DNA from: Oscillospiraceae bacterium
GTDB lineage: Bacteria > Bacillota > Clostridia > Oscillospirales > Ruminococcaceae
Length of the DNA: 64,000 nt
Reading direction: 5' to 3'
NCBI GenBank assembly: GCA_017408395.1
Contig: JAFQUQ010000026.1
Span: 41,656-105,655 of the forward strand
Part shown: piece after piece, positions 26,489 through 37,001 of the stretch
How the letters are laid out: each line of letters begins with the position of its first letter
Numbering within the stretch: the first letter of the stretch is position 1
Notes under the pieces: model-generated
The model's input: the letters and a program-made list of their open reading frames with translations, nothing else
The model's database searches: none
Told to the model about the DNA's origin: nothing
Translations under genes and position numbers: made by a program

Positions 26489-27721
26489 TTAGTCTTCCAT
26501 ATCAAGAACACGGATCTTGCCGAGAATTTCTCCGCCGAGAGCTTCAAGCTTAGCGTCAAAATCCTTTTCTTTGAGTTCGGGAGTGATGAATGCAAGCTCG
26601 TCAGCAGGCTGATTTTCTCTGGAGATGTACTCAACTGTGCCGAAGGCTTCGGAAACCTTAGCCTGTGAAACGCCCTTTGTTCTAACGTAAACAGAAACAA
26701 CGTCATCCTTGTAATCTGCAATGAAGCTGTTGTCTGCACTGTCTTCCCACGTCTGTGAAACAGAAGTACCGTTCATTCTTGCAGCGTCAACGATGTCGCC
26801 TACGATTGCGCTTGCTGTCGGGAACTTGCCTGCGCCTCTGCCGTAGAACATTACCTGATCAACAGCGTCAGCATAAACCATAATTGCATTGAATACGTCG
26901 CTTACGTGTGAAAGCTGGTTGCCGTCACAGATAAATGCAGGACGTACCATAGGAAGAATTTTGCCGTCGGCAGTCTTCTTTACAGAGCCGATAAGCTTGA
27001 TGGCACCGCCCCAGTTTTCAGCATACTGTGCGTCCTCAGCTGTAATTTTTGTGATGCCCTCGCAGTGTACCCAGTCAGGGTAAACGTGCTTGCCGAAAGC
27101 AAGTGAGGAAAGAATGCAGATCTTACGGCATGCGTCGTGACCTTCAATATCGGCAGTAGGATCCTTTTCGGCATAACCGAGGTCCTGTGCGATTTTAAGA
27201 GCTTCAGCAAAATCCATCTGCTCGTTTATCATCTTTGTAAGGATAAAGTTTGTTGTACCGTTCAAAATACCTGCAACAGCGGAAATTTCGTTGCCTGCAA
27301 GACAACGGTGCATTGGTCTGATAACAGGGATCGCGCCGCCTGTGGAAGCTTCAAAGAGGAAGTTGCAGTTCATTTTCTTTGCAATTGCAAGCAGCTCCGC
27401 ACCCTTCTTTGCAACAAGCTCCTTATTGGAAGTAACAACGCTCTTGCCCTTTTCAAGACAGCTCTTTACAAAATCGTAAGCAGGGTTTACGCCGCCCATT
27501 GCTTCGGCTACGATAGTAACCTCATCGTCGTTTACAATATCGTCAATGCTCTTTGTAAACTTATCCGCAAAAGGACTGCCGGGGAAATCCCTGATGTCGA
27601 GAATATACTTGATATCAAGGTCGGTGCCTGCTTTTTTAATGATGCTGTCCTTATTCTTATAAAACAGCTCAACCGTGCCTGAACCTACAACACCGAAACC
27701 TAAAACTGCGATTTTTGCCAT
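26489..27721 (-). CDS. hom: Homoserine dehydrogenase with a C-terminal ACT domain
   Basis: It has the MAKIAVLGFGVVGSG Rossmann motif and NGTTNFILT. AAGGAG lies 8 nt before the ATG at 27721, so the ORF-track N-terminal extension is rejected. Confidence 0.93.
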   Translation of the reverse strand: MAKIAVLGFGVVGSGTVELFYKNKDSIIKKAGTDLDIKYILDIRDFPGSPFADKFTKSIDDIVNDDEVTIVAEAMGGVNPAYDFVKSCLEKGKSVVTSNKELVAKKGAELLAIAKKMNCNFLFEASTGGAIPVIRPMHRCLAGNEISAVAGILNGTTNFILTKMINEQMDFAEALKIAQDLGYAEKDPTADIEGHDACRKICILSSLAFGKHVYPDWVHCEGITKITAEDAQYAENWGGAIKLIGSVKKTADGKILPMVRPAFICDGNQLSHVSDVFNAIMVYADAVDQVMFYGRGAGKFPTASAIVGDIVDAARMNGTSVSQTWEDSADNSFIADYKDDVVSVYVRTKGVSQAKVSEAFGTVEYISRENQPADELAFITPELKEKDFDAKLEALGGEILGKIRVLDMED

Positions 27722-27743
27722 AACAATTAACTCCTTAAAATGT

Positions 27744-28184
27744 TTATTCACCCGATAATAATTTAACGTCCACGCTTCCGTTAAGCTCCCTGAGCCTGTC
27801 ACGCAGGGTATATGAGCCTTCTTCGTCGCCGTTGAGCTGTACCGTCAGGGTAACGGTTGCTACTCCGTCAACGGGAATATTCTGATTAACGGTAAGAATG
27901 TTTGCGCCGCCCTTATGCACCGCCGAAAGGAAATCCGAAAGGACACCCGGCTCGTCACGCAGAACAGCGTAATACGTCACTATTTTCTGCGTAAGCTTTT
28001 CCTCATAGGTAAAGACGCATTCTCTGTATTTGTAATAAGCGCTTCTCGAAATTCCCACACGCTTGCAGGCAGATGCGGAACTTTTTTCCTCGCCGCAGGC
28101 AAGAAGCTTTTTAACCTCTATTACCTTCGGGAATACGTCGGGAAGCACCTCTGTGCTGACCACTAAAAATGAGATGTCGCTCAA
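27744..28184 (-). CDS. UPF0735-type ACT-domain protein with an N-terminal HTH-like segment
   Basis: VGISRSAYYKYRECVF is followed by an ACT fold (LRDEPGVLSDFLS...ANILTVNQ). Its position upstream of hom is typical. Apparent TTG start. Confidence 0.8.
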   Translation of the reverse strand: MSDISFLVVSTEVLPDVFPKVIEVKKLLACGEEKSSASACKRVGISRSAYYKYRECVFTYEEKLTQKIVTYYAVLRDEPGVLSDFLSAVHKGGANILTVNQNIPVDGVATVTLTVQLNGDEEGSYTLRDRLRELNGSVDVKLLSGE

Positions 28185-28241
28185 CTTAAATCACATCCAA
28201 TCGTCCACGCTCAAAAAACAAGTGTACTCGTGATAAAAACA

Positions 28242-28271
28242 AGTATACCACATCATATGCAGAAATGTCAA
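28242..28271 (-). promoter_or_regulatory. Sigma-A promoter for the ACT-hom operon
   Basis: On the minus strand: TTGACA, 18 nt, TATACT, with TGg extension. Confidence 0.55.
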
Positions 28272-28367
28272 GTATGTTTTTTCTTTTTGGTTATTCCATA
28301 CAAAGCACAGCGGATATATCACAGCGTCAGTGTTGAGAACTACCCGTAACAATTGAAGCAATATTAT

Positions 28368-28396
28368 TTGACTTAATAAAAACAGGGTGTTATAAT
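28368..28396 (+). promoter_or_regulatory. Sigma-A promoter for the MATE gene block
   Basis: TTGACT, 17 nt, TATAAT, with extended -10 TGtTATAAT. Confidence 0.6.
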
Positions 28397-28434
28397 TAAT
28401 ATGATTGACTTTAAACTGAAACGGACTTGATAAA

Positions 28435-29790
28435 ATGGAAAAAACAGATTTATACTATAAGAAAATGACGGAAACTCCCGTATCAAAGCTTATTATCTCT
28501 CTCGGCATACCCACCACCGTCACAATGCTCATAACCAACATCTACAATATGGCGGATACATATTTCGTGGGCACTCTCGGAGAAAGTCCCCAGGCGGCTA
28601 CGGGTATTCTTTTTACTCTCCAGTCGGTCATCCAGGCGATAGCATTTATGCTCGGACAAGGCTCAGGGGCTATGGTTTCAAAAGCCCTTGCCGATAAAAA
28701 CACCGACGAAGCAACGGAGTATTCCTCCACCGCATTTTTTACAGGCGCAATTGCAGGTACGGCGCTTATGGTCATCGGTCTGATTTTTCTGACTCCGTTT
28801 ATGCGGCTGCTGGGAAGCACGGAAACAATTCTTCCCTATGCAAAGCAGTACGGAATGTGGGTACTGCTATCCTGTCCGTTTATGGTCTGCTCCCTTGTTT
28901 TAAACAATAATCTCCGCTACGAAGGCAAGGCCTTCTACGCTATGATAGGTCTTACAACAGGCGGCATAATCAACATTTTCGGTGACTGGCTGCTTATTGC
29001 CGTTATGGATATGGGCGTTTTCGGAGCAGGTCTTTCAACGGCGGTTTCCCAATTCATAAGCTTCTGCATACTGCTTTATTTTTATGCAAGAATGGCACAG
29101 AGTAACATTGATTTCAAAGCCATAAGCAGAAGGGCGGCTGTTTATGCCGACATTGTAAAAGTAGGCTTTCCTGCACTTATAAGACAGGGTTTAAGCTCAA
29201 TTTCAAACGGTCTGCTCAACAACCTTACCAAGCCTTACGGCGACTCGGCAATTGCCGCTATGAGCGTTGTAAACCGCTTCTCGATGTTCATTATGTGCGT
29301 TGGTCTTGGCATAGGACAGGGCTTCCAGCCTGTTGCTTCCTTCAACTATCAGGCAGGAAAATACAAGCGTGTAAAGAAGGGTATGCATTTCACAATGGCG
29401 GCAGGCGCTCTGCTGGTAAGCTGTATCGTTATACCCGTGTTTATTTTTGCGGAGGATATAGTTTACATCTTCCAGAAAAGCGACGACGTTTGCAGGATAG
29501 GTGCATTTGCTTTAAGATGCGCCTGCGGAGGACTTATGTTCATGCCGCTGTCGGTGCCTGTGAATATGCTTTACCAGAGCATCCGCAAGGCAGGACTTTC
29601 CGCATTTCTTTCCCTTATGCGCTCAGGGGTTATGTTTATACCGACACTTATCATAACCGCAAATTTATTCGGTCTGACCGGTGTGCAGATCTCACAGCCC
29701 GTTGCAGACGCACTTACAGGACTCATCAGCATACCGTTCATACTTCATTTTACATTTAAACACCCCGATGAAAAGGAGAATTCACAATGA
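28435..29790 (+). CDS. MATE-family efflux transporter
   Basis: 12 TM and 451 aa. The N-terminal PVSKLIISLGIPTTVTMLITNIYNMADTYFVG is typical of MatE. Confidence 0.9.
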   Translation: MEKTDLYYKKMTETPVSKLIISLGIPTTVTMLITNIYNMADTYFVGTLGESPQAATGILFTLQSVIQAIAFMLGQGSGAMVSKALADKNTDEATEYSSTAFFTGAIAGTALMVIGLIFLTPFMRLLGSTETILPYAKQYGMWVLLSCPFMVCSLVLNNNLRYEGKAFYAMIGLTTGGIINIFGDWLLIAVMDMGVFGAGLSTAVSQFISFCILLYFYARMAQSNIDFKAISRRAAVYADIVKVGFPALIRQGLSSISNGLLNNLTKPYGDSAIAAMSVVNRFSMFIMCVGLGIGQGFQPVASFNYQAGKYKRVKKGMHFTMAAGALLVSCIVIPVFIFAEDIVYIFQKSDDVCRIGAFALRCACGGLMFMPLSVPVNMLYQSIRKAGLSAFLSLMRSGVMFIPTLIITANLFGLTGVQISQPVADALTGLISIPFILHFTFKHPDEKENSQ

Positions 29791-30452
29791 CCGTAATCTA
29801 TCTTATAAGGCACGCAGAGGCAATGGGCAACGTACTGGAAATTTTTCAGGGACGCACCGACTGCGATATTACCGAAAAGGGTGCCGCACAGCTTGACTGC
29901 CTTGCTGAACGTTTCCGTGACATTAAAATAGACGCTCTCTATTCAAGCCCGCTGATACGTACTCTTAAAACCGCTGAGGCAGTAAACCGTTATCACGGTC
30001 TGCCTGTGATAAAAAACGAGGCTCTTATCGAAATAGACGGCGGCGAGTGGGAAGGAGAAAAATGGGCGGAAATCGAAACAAAATATCCCGTTATACACGA
30101 TAACTGGAAAAATCATATGGAAATTTTCGCAACAGAAAAAGGCGAAAGTATGTTAACTGTCTACGAGCGTATGAAAGCCGCCGTAACTGAAATCGCCGCT
30201 TCAAACAAGGGCAAAACGGTTGCTGTGGTTTCTCACGGCTGCTCCGTCAGAAACTTTTTAAGCTATGCCGAATCTGGAAGTATAAACGGAATAGGTCAGG
30301 TAGGCTGGTCAGACAATACGGCTGTGTCAAAGATAATTTTTGACGACGATTTAAATCCGTCAATTGAGTTCAAAAACGACAGCTCCCACCTCCCCGATGA
30401 GCTTTCCACGCTCAAATTTTCACGCTGGTCAAAATACGAAGACGACAAATAA
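29787..30452 (+). CDS. Histidine phosphatase family protein (phosphoglycerate mutase-like)
   Basis: It has the RHAEAMGN (RHG) catalytic motif and a downstream VSHG. It overlaps the MATE stop by 4 nt. Confidence 0.88.
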   Translation: MTVIYLIRHAEAMGNVLEIFQGRTDCDITEKGAAQLDCLAERFRDIKIDALYSSPLIRTLKTAEAVNRYHGLPVIKNEALIEIDGGEWEGEKWAEIETKYPVIHDNWKNHMEIFATEKGESMLTVYERMKAAVTEIAASNKGKTVAVVSHGCSVRNFLSYAESGSINGIGQVGWSDNTAVSKIIFDDDLNPSIEFKNDSSHLPDELSTLKFSRWSKYEDDK

Positions 30453-30475
30453 CTATCATTTAAGGAGACATCATT

Positions 30476-32791
30476 ATGAAAAAAACGGAAAAATTAATCT
30501 GCACACTCTTTTCATTGCTTTTCTGCATATCTTTTGTGCTGTCATTCGTTGACACAAACGAGCTTCCTGTGAAATCCGACTTCAACCACGGCAATATTTA
30601 TTCCCACATTGAAAAAATATGCGAGGTGGGTCCTCATTCCATTTTTGACAAGGAAGAAAACAAGCAGGTACAGAATTACATCATATCAGAGCTTGAAAGC
30701 CTCGGTATAGTAAATTCTGATACAACCGACGTCCCTGCTTATCTTGTACAGAACTTTGTTACGGATACAAAAAAATACCAGAGCTTCTACGTTGACAATG
30801 TTATAGTGCATATCCCTGCAAACGCCGCAGAAAAGACAGGTCAGGCCGTTATGACAATGGCTCATTTCGACTCTGTGCAAACAGGACAGGGTGCGGCAGA
30901 TGACGCCTGTGCCTGTGCGACAATGCTTGAAGCCATCAGATATTATCTTGACAGAATGGCAAACGGCTATACCATAACAAACGACCTTGTGTTCTGCTTT
31001 GTAAACGGTGAGGAACACGGCCTTTTAGGCTCAAAGGCGTTTATGAACGAATTTGACGGCTTCAACGGTCTGGTTGAACGTATAAATTTTGCTATAAACC
31101 TCGAAGCAAGAGGTACGGCAGGTACCCAGATAATGTTTGAGACCGCCGCAGACAACTACAACACCGTAAAGCTGTTCGGAGAGGTAAACAACAATCTTTT
31201 CACCTGCTCAATTGCTACGATGATTTACGATATGATGCCCAACGGCACCGACTTTTCAAATCTCAAGCCTTACTATCAGGGCGTAAATATGGCCAATATC
31301 GCTCAGGGCGAAAATTACCACACCCAGAACGACAGTCCCGAAAATATCAGGGAAAGCTGCCTTACACAGCAGGCTCAGATCATAAACAATCTCCTTGACA
31401 AGCTCGGAAATTACGACCTTGACAAGCTTTACGAAGCAGACGAAAACGCAATTTTCTTCTCCTACCTCAACATAGGCGATGTTGTTTATAATCACGCTTC
31501 TTCCGTTGTTCTTGCGGTAATCGGAATTCTGCTTCTTGCCGCAAACATCATCCTCTCCGTTATCCGTAAAAAGAAAAACCTTGCAAATACCGCAAAGTCA
31601 ATGCTTATCATCATCATCGGCCTTGCGCTTACTGCAGGCGTTACCTTCGGATGCTACTACCTCTTCCAGCTTATTGCCGCACTGGCAGGAAACATCGTTT
31701 TCGGTGCAATCGGCACGATAACCTTCTCAAACACAGCCATAACCGCAGGTATCGGAATTCTTGCCCTTGGTGTAACTGTTCTTTCCGTACATCTTGGCTG
31801 TAAACTGTTTAAAACCGAAGCAAGAGATGTTACAAGAGCGTTCTCCTATATCCACGTTTTCCTTGGTATAGTGCTGACCTTTGTTCTTCCCGACGCAAGC
31901 TACCTCTTTATTTTCAGCGGTCTTATGCTTATGTTGAACCAGCTTGCTGTTACTTTAAAACCTGACCTTGAAAAGTATCATTTTGAGCTTCTTGCCGAAG
32001 CAATTTACCTGCCTGTTGTAATTCCTATAATCGCCCTTGCAGCATCTGCTCTGGGACTTGGTATGGCATATATTTTCGGCGTTCTTTTTGCTCTTGCAAT
32101 GTTCGGCGTAAGCTCCTGCATTGCTCCCGTATGCGGATATTTTTCAATCAATTTCCTTTTAAGAAAGGACAAGAACAGACCGCTTCCCAACTGTGCGGGA
32201 GCTGTTCACATTATCGCTGTTTCACTTGTGATTTTCCTCTGCGTAAGCCTTACCCCTGCCGATGTTCATTCCGACCTGGGAAGCGGCTTCAACTCAACAA
32301 GCGATGACGCTCTTGTTTACATAACCGAGGGCGACGATTACTCTGCCTACGCTGTATACGACCTGAGCGCATACAATGCTGTAAAAAAATATGCACCCGA
32401 AATGGAGTACGACGATTCTATGGAATGCTATTACATTGAAACGGAAAAACTTGATCTGGGAATTTCCGTTCAGACCACCTGTGAAGGAAACAAACTCAAT
32501 GTCAAGCCTGCTCACGAAAATTCCTTTATTCATCTTACAATCAAGGCAGACGGCGCTGAATCCTTTACCGTTGATGACGGCACTACCGTTCAGACAATTG
32601 AAATCCCCGACCACGGCTACGGATTTATATATCTGCACGATGACTGCACCGTTACTCTTAACGGCGGCACGGGTACTGCTTACACAACGGAATATATCGT
32701 GGATTACCCTGAGCTTATCCCCGAAAATTACGACCCCGAAGATAAAATTCACTTTAATTTGTGGATGCAGAAGAATTTTGAGCTTGTATAA
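30476..32791 (+). CDS. Polytopic M28-family metallopeptidase (extracytoplasmic M28 domain, about 8 TM, and a C-terminal beta-rich domain)
   Basis: It has the zinc ligand motifs HFDSV...GAADDACA and NGEEHGLLGS. A long hydrophobic region spans aa 340-600. Confidence 0.85.
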   Translation: MKKTEKLICTLFSLLFCISFVLSFVDTNELPVKSDFNHGNIYSHIEKICEVGPHSIFDKEENKQVQNYIISELESLGIVNSDTTDVPAYLVQNFVTDTKKYQSFYVDNVIVHIPANAAEKTGQAVMTMAHFDSVQTGQGAADDACACATMLEAIRYYLDRMANGYTITNDLVFCFVNGEEHGLLGSKAFMNEFDGFNGLVERINFAINLEARGTAGTQIMFETAADNYNTVKLFGEVNNNLFTCSIATMIYDMMPNGTDFSNLKPYYQGVNMANIAQGENYHTQNDSPENIRESCLTQQAQIINNLLDKLGNYDLDKLYEADENAIFFSYLNIGDVVYNHASSVVLAVIGILLLAANIILSVIRKKKNLANTAKSMLIIIIGLALTAGVTFGCYYLFQLIAALAGNIVFGAIGTITFSNTAITAGIGILALGVTVLSVHLGCKLFKTEARDVTRAFSYIHVFLGIVLTFVLPDASYLFIFSGLMLMLNQLAVTLKPDLEKYHFELLAEAIYLPVVIPIIALAASALGLGMAYIFGVLFALAMFGVSSCIAPVCGYFSINFLLRKDKNRPLPNCAGAVHIIAVSLVIFLCVSLTPADVHSDLGSGFNSTSDDALVYITEGDDYSAYAVYDLSAYNAVKKYAPEMEYDDSMECYYIETEKLDLGISVQTTCEGNKLNVKPAHENSFIHLTIKADGAESFTVDDGTTVQTIEIPDHGYGFIYLHDDCTVTLNGGTGTAYTTEYIVDYPELIPENYDPEDKIHFNLWMQKNFELV

Positions 32792-32820
32792 GAATTACCA
32801 GAGCAAAAGGAAGTGTTTTT

Positions 32821-33249
32821 ATGAAAATAATGTCCGTTGACTACGGCGACAGCAGAACAGGGCTTGCAATGTGCGACAAAACTGAATTCCTCGCCTCTCC
32901 CCTGACAGTGGTTCACGAGCACAATTTCGAGAAGTGTGCGGAAAAGGTTGCGGAACACGCCAAAAAAGAAAAGGCGGAGCTTATTGTGGTGGGTCTGCCT
33001 AAAAATATGAACAACACCCTTGGAGAGCGTGCGGAAAAGTGTGATAAGTTTGCACAGCTGCTTACCGAGCTTACGGGACTTCCCCATAAAATGTGGGATG
33101 AGCGCTGTACCACCGTTTCCGCCCACAATTATCTCAACGAAACCAACGTAAGAGGTCAGAAGCGCAAGAATGTCGTTGACGCAGTAGCCGCTGTCATAAT
33201 TCTTGAAAGCTATCTCGGCTACCGTAAAAATCACCCCGATGAAATTTAA
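32821..33249 (+). CDS. ruvX: Holliday junction resolvase-like nuclease RuvX/YqgF
   Basis: It has the SVDYGDSRTGLA N-terminal motif. Length is 142 aa. Confidence 0.92.
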   Translation: MKIMSVDYGDSRTGLAMCDKTEFLASPLTVVHEHNFEKCAEKVAEHAKKEKAELIVVGLPKNMNNTLGERAEKCDKFAQLLTELTGLPHKMWDERCTTVSAHNYLNETNVRGQKRKNVVDAVAAVIILESYLGYRKNHPDEI

Positions 33250-33272
33250 ATCGACATAAAAGGAGTGCTATT

Positions 33273-35177
33273 ATGAAAATCCAGAGCCAGATAAACGTTA
33301 CTTCCTACAATGCAGGCGGATTTATCGGAAAATATCAGCAGCTTATCAAAGAAACCGTTATTCCCTACCAGTATTCCGTTCTTTGCGACGAAGCCCCCGA
33401 CACCGAAAAAAGCCACGTTGTACAGAACTTTATTAACGCAGGAAAAGCTGTAAAGGGTGAAGATGTGGGCGACGGCTTCTACGGTATGGTTTTTCAGGAC
33501 AGCGACGCCGCAAAATGGATCGAAGCGGCGGCTTATTCCTTAAACGTGTGCCCTGACCCGAAGCTTGAAGAAACCGTTGATAATCTTATTGAAATAATTG
33601 CAGAAGCACAGGACTCCGACGGCTATTTAAACACGTATTTCACCATAAAGGACAAGGAAAAACGCTGGACTAACCTTCTCGAAGGTCACGAACTCTACTG
33701 CTCAGGACATATGATGGAGGCTGCCTGTGCTTATTACGAAGCAACAGGCAAGGACGTACTTCTTAAAGTTATGCTTAAAAATGCAGAGCATATCTACAAT
33801 TATTTTATCAAGGACGGCAATGAGGGTTTCCCAGGACACCCCGAAATTGAGCTTGCGCTTATGAAAATGTACCGCTGTACAGGCAGCGAGATATGCCTTA
33901 AGCTTGCAGAGCATTTTGTAAACACACGAGGCTGTGACACCACATTTTACCGCAGAGAGCGTGACGCAAGAAATTGGACCGTCTGGGGCAACAATGCCGA
34001 CGACAACGACTATCAGCAAAGCGGAAAGCCTGTCCGTCAGCAGACCGACGCAACAGGCCACGCTGTCCGTGCGGTATATCTTTACACGGGTATGGCGGAC
34101 CTTGCTTCAACAACAGACGACGCCGAACTTTACGAGGCCTGCAAGCGTTTATGGGACAGCGTTACAAAGCGCAGAATGTATATTACAGGCGGCATAGGCT
34201 CAACTGTTCACGGCGAAGCCTTCAGCGTTGACTACGACCTGCCCTCCGATACCGCTTACGCTGAAACCTGTGCTTCCATAGGTCTTATGTTTTTTGCCTC
34301 ACGTATGCTTGAAAACGAGGTAAAGGGCGAGTACGCAGACATAATGGAAAGAGCGTTCTACAACACGGTGCTTGCAGGTATGCAGCTTGACGGCAAACGC
34401 TTCTTCTATGTAAATCCTCTTGAAATAATCCCAGGAATTTCAGGTGTATCCCCTACACACCGACACGACCTTACACAGCGTCCCGGCTGGTATGCCTGTG
34501 CGTGCTGTCCTCCCAATGCGGCAAGATTAATCACATCATTCGGCAAATACGCTTACGGCGAAAGCTCCGATACCGCATACTGCCACCTTTTTGCAGACGG
34601 TGATGTAAGCTTTGAAAACGGTGTGAAGCTTAAATGCAAAACAGCTTACCCATACGATTTTACCGTAAATTATGAGATTGAAAAGGGCGGCAGGCTTGCG
34701 CTGAGAATACCTGCGTGGAGCAGAAAAACCGCAGTTTACGTAAACGGAGAAAGCATTGCTTTTGAAGCGTTGAACGGCTATGCTTACTTAAACTTAAACG
34801 ACGGTGACAATGTAAGGCTTGAACTTGACGGTAAACCGCATTTTGTCTATGCTTCTTCAAAAATCCCTGCTCTTACGGGAATGACAGCTCTTTGCAGAGG
34901 TCCTCTCGTTTACTGCTTTGAGGGCGTTGACAACGAGGGCGATGTTATGTCACTTGCCCTTAAAACGGACAGCACTCCTGAAGTGTGCGGCTATGACGAC
35001 GGACTTCTCAGCGGTACGGTAAAAATCAACGTTGAAGCTATTAAATCAGAATACACCGACTCACTCTACACCGACACAAAGCCTGCTGAAAAGCAGTTTA
35101 CGGCATCAGCTGTCCCTTACTACACCTGGGGCAACAGAGGCGAAAATCAGATGCGTGTCTGGATGACAGCAAAATAA
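33273..35177 (+). CDS. Glycoside hydrolase family 127 (beta-L-arabinofuranosidase, DUF1680)
   Basis: It has HELYCSGHMMEAA and the Cys-rich catalytic/zinc motif WYACACCPPNAARL. Confidence 0.9.
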   Translation: MKIQSQINVTSYNAGGFIGKYQQLIKETVIPYQYSVLCDEAPDTEKSHVVQNFINAGKAVKGEDVGDGFYGMVFQDSDAAKWIEAAAYSLNVCPDPKLEETVDNLIEIIAEAQDSDGYLNTYFTIKDKEKRWTNLLEGHELYCSGHMMEAACAYYEATGKDVLLKVMLKNAEHIYNYFIKDGNEGFPGHPEIELALMKMYRCTGSEICLKLAEHFVNTRGCDTTFYRRERDARNWTVWGNNADDNDYQQSGKPVRQQTDATGHAVRAVYLYTGMADLASTTDDAELYEACKRLWDSVTKRRMYITGGIGSTVHGEAFSVDYDLPSDTAYAETCASIGLMFFASRMLENEVKGEYADIMERAFYNTVLAGMQLDGKRFFYVNPLEIIPGISGVSPTHRHDLTQRPGWYACACCPPNAARLITSFGKYAYGESSDTAYCHLFADGDVSFENGVKLKCKTAYPYDFTVNYEIEKGGRLALRIPAWSRKTAVYVNGESIAFEALNGYAYLNLNDGDNVRLELDGKPHFVYASSKIPALTGMTALCRGPLVYCFEGVDNEGDVMSLALKTDSTPEVCGYDDGLLSGTVKINVEAIKSEYTDSLYTDTKPAEKQFTASAVPYYTWGNRGENQMRVWMTAK

Positions 35178-35185
35178 AACACAGA

Positions 35186-35222
35186 ACGCTCTTCCGTTAA
35201 CTGTCGGAAGGGCGTTTATTTT
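35186..35222 (+). terminator. Intrinsic terminator after GH127
   Basis: ACGCTCTTCCG-ttaactgt-CGGAAGGGCGT followed by TTATTTT. Confidence 0.7.
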
Positions 35223-35295
35223 ACATAATTATACAGATTATCTTGATATTTAAACGGTAAATTTTCGGAATAAGCAAATTTTTTCAAAAAAGATA

Positions 35296-35324
35296 TAGAC
35301 ATTTTCAAGAGAATAGGGTATAAT
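35296..35324 (+). promoter_or_regulatory. Sigma-A promoter for rsmD-coaD
   Basis: TAGACA, 17 nt, TATAAT. Confidence 0.55.
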
Positions 35325-35363
35325 AAAGTGTAAATCTATTTTTAATGATAAGGAATTTTATAT

Positions 35364-35921
35364 ATGAGAGTAATTACAGGTACGGCAAGAGGCCGTAAGC
35401 TCAACACTCTTGAGGGTATGGACGTGCGTCCTACCACCGATAAGGTGAAGGAAGCAATTTTTTCCATCGTTCATTTTGATATTGACGGCTCCGAAGTCCT
35501 CGACCTTTTTGCAGGCTCGGGTCAGCTCGGAATTGAGGCTCTTTCAAGAGGTGCAAAACGCTGCACTTTCGTTGACTCAGCTGTAAAATCAATAAAGACC
35601 GTTAACGAAAATCTTAAAATAACAGGCTTTACCGAACAGGCTTCCGTACTCAATACGGACAGCGCAGGTTATCTGCGTACCTGCCGTTATACCTTTGATA
35701 TTGCATTTCTCGACCCGCCATATGAAAAGGGCATACTTGAAGAAGTGCTCCCCCTGCTTGAAAAGCATATGTCCGACAGGGGAATTGTTGTGTGTGAGCA
35801 CGAACAGAAGCTTGTGCTTCCTGATGAATTCGGCAGACTTAAAAAAGCAAAAACCTACAAATACGGAAAAATCGAAGTCACATTATACAGAGTACCATTT
35901 GGTGACGATACGGAAGAATAA
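35364..35921 (+). CDS. rsmD: 16S rRNA (guanine966-N2)-methyltransferase RsmD
   Basis: It has MRVITGTARGRKL, LDLFAGSGQLGIEALSRGA and DPPY motifs. Confidence 0.93.
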   Translation: MRVITGTARGRKLNTLEGMDVRPTTDKVKEAIFSIVHFDIDGSEVLDLFAGSGQLGIEALSRGAKRCTFVDSAVKSIKTVNENLKITGFTEQASVLNTDSAGYLRTCRYTFDIAFLDPPYEKGILEEVLPLLEKHMSDRGIVVCEHEQKLVLPDEFGRLKKAKTYKYGKIEVTLYRVPFGDDTEE

Positions 35922-35935
35922 AGGATCTGATCAGA

Positions 35936-36445
35936 ATGAGAATTGCCGTTTGTCCGGGCAGCTTTGACCCGGTAACCTTCGGTCATACGGATATTATACG
36001 CAGAGCGTCAAAGCTTTTCGATAAAGTAATCGTGCTTGTGTCGGTAAATGCGGCAAAAAGCCCTGCTTTTACCACGGTTGAGCGTGTACAGCTTATCCAT
36101 AAGGTCGTAAATGACCTTAAACTCGACAATGTTGTGGTTGACATCTGGGACGGTCTGCTGGCCGATTATGTCAAGCAGGTGAATGCCTGTGCCATAATAA
36201 AGGGTCTGCGTGCCGTTTCCGACTTTGAATATGAATTCCAGATGGCGCTTGCAAATAAAATACTTTATGATGAAGCTGAAACCGTGTTCCTTACAACCAG
36301 CGGAGAAAATATGTATCTTTCTTCAAGCGTTGTAAAGCAGATTGCTTCATTCGGCGGCGACATCAGCCACTTTGTTCCCGAATGTATCCTTAAGGATATT
36401 ACGGAACGCCTTGTACGTACAAACACAAATAAAACGGAGGTCTGA
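35936..36445 (+). CDS. coaD: Phosphopantetheine adenylyltransferase
   Basis: It has the CPGSFDPVTFGHTDII (T/HxGH) motif. Length is 169 aa. Confidence 0.95.
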   Translation: MRIAVCPGSFDPVTFGHTDIIRRASKLFDKVIVLVSVNAAKSPAFTTVERVQLIHKVVNDLKLDNVVVDIWDGLLADYVKQVNACAIIKGLRAVSDFEYEFQMALANKILYDEAETVFLTTSGENMYLSSSVVKQIASFGGDISHFVPECILKDITERLVRTNTNKTEV

Positions 36446-36447
36446 AA

Positions 36448-36921
36448 ATGATTATAGATGAAATTCTTGATATGATGGACGATATGCTTGACGACGCAAG
36501 CGCAGTTCCCTTCTCAAACAAAAAGGTTGTCATCGACATTGACAAGATGCGCAACTGCATAAACGACCTGCGTCTTAATCTGCCCGATGAAATACGCAAC
36601 GCCAAGAACATTGTGCGTGACCGTCAGGAAATCGTAAACGATGCCAACAAGGAAGCTGACCAGATTGTGCGCCGTGCGGAAGAAAGAGCCAAGATGATCA
36701 TTTCCAACGACGAGATCACAAAGGCTGCAAAGCAGCACGCTGCCGAAATCCTTACTCAGGCACAGTCCAAGGCAAAGGACATCAAAAATGCTGCCAACAA
36801 GTACATAGATGACATTCTGGTGCAGTCGGAAGAAACCCTTCAGGCTAATCTCAATGACATAAAAAAGACAAGACAGGCTTTCAGAAATGCGCCTTCCAAC
36901 GCAGGTATGCCTAAAAAATAA
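36448..36921 (+). CDS. Coiled-coil protein resembling ATP-synthase b/H-type stalk subunits; function unknown
   Basis: It is a K/E/A/Q-rich helical sequence, translationally coupled to coaD with a 2-nt gap. Confidence 0.65.
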   Translation: MIIDEILDMMDDMLDDASAVPFSNKKVVIDIDKMRNCINDLRLNLPDEIRNAKNIVRDRQEIVNDANKEADQIVRRAEERAKMIISNDEITKAAKQHAAEILTQAQSKAKDIKNAANKYIDDILVQSEETLQANLNDIKKTRQAFRNAPSNAGMPKK

Positions 36922-37001
36922 TTCAAACGGCAGCATCGGCTTAAACAGTCGTGTGCTGCCGTTTTGCAAAAACAGAGTTCTATCATAAAGCAAAGGGGAT
37001 A

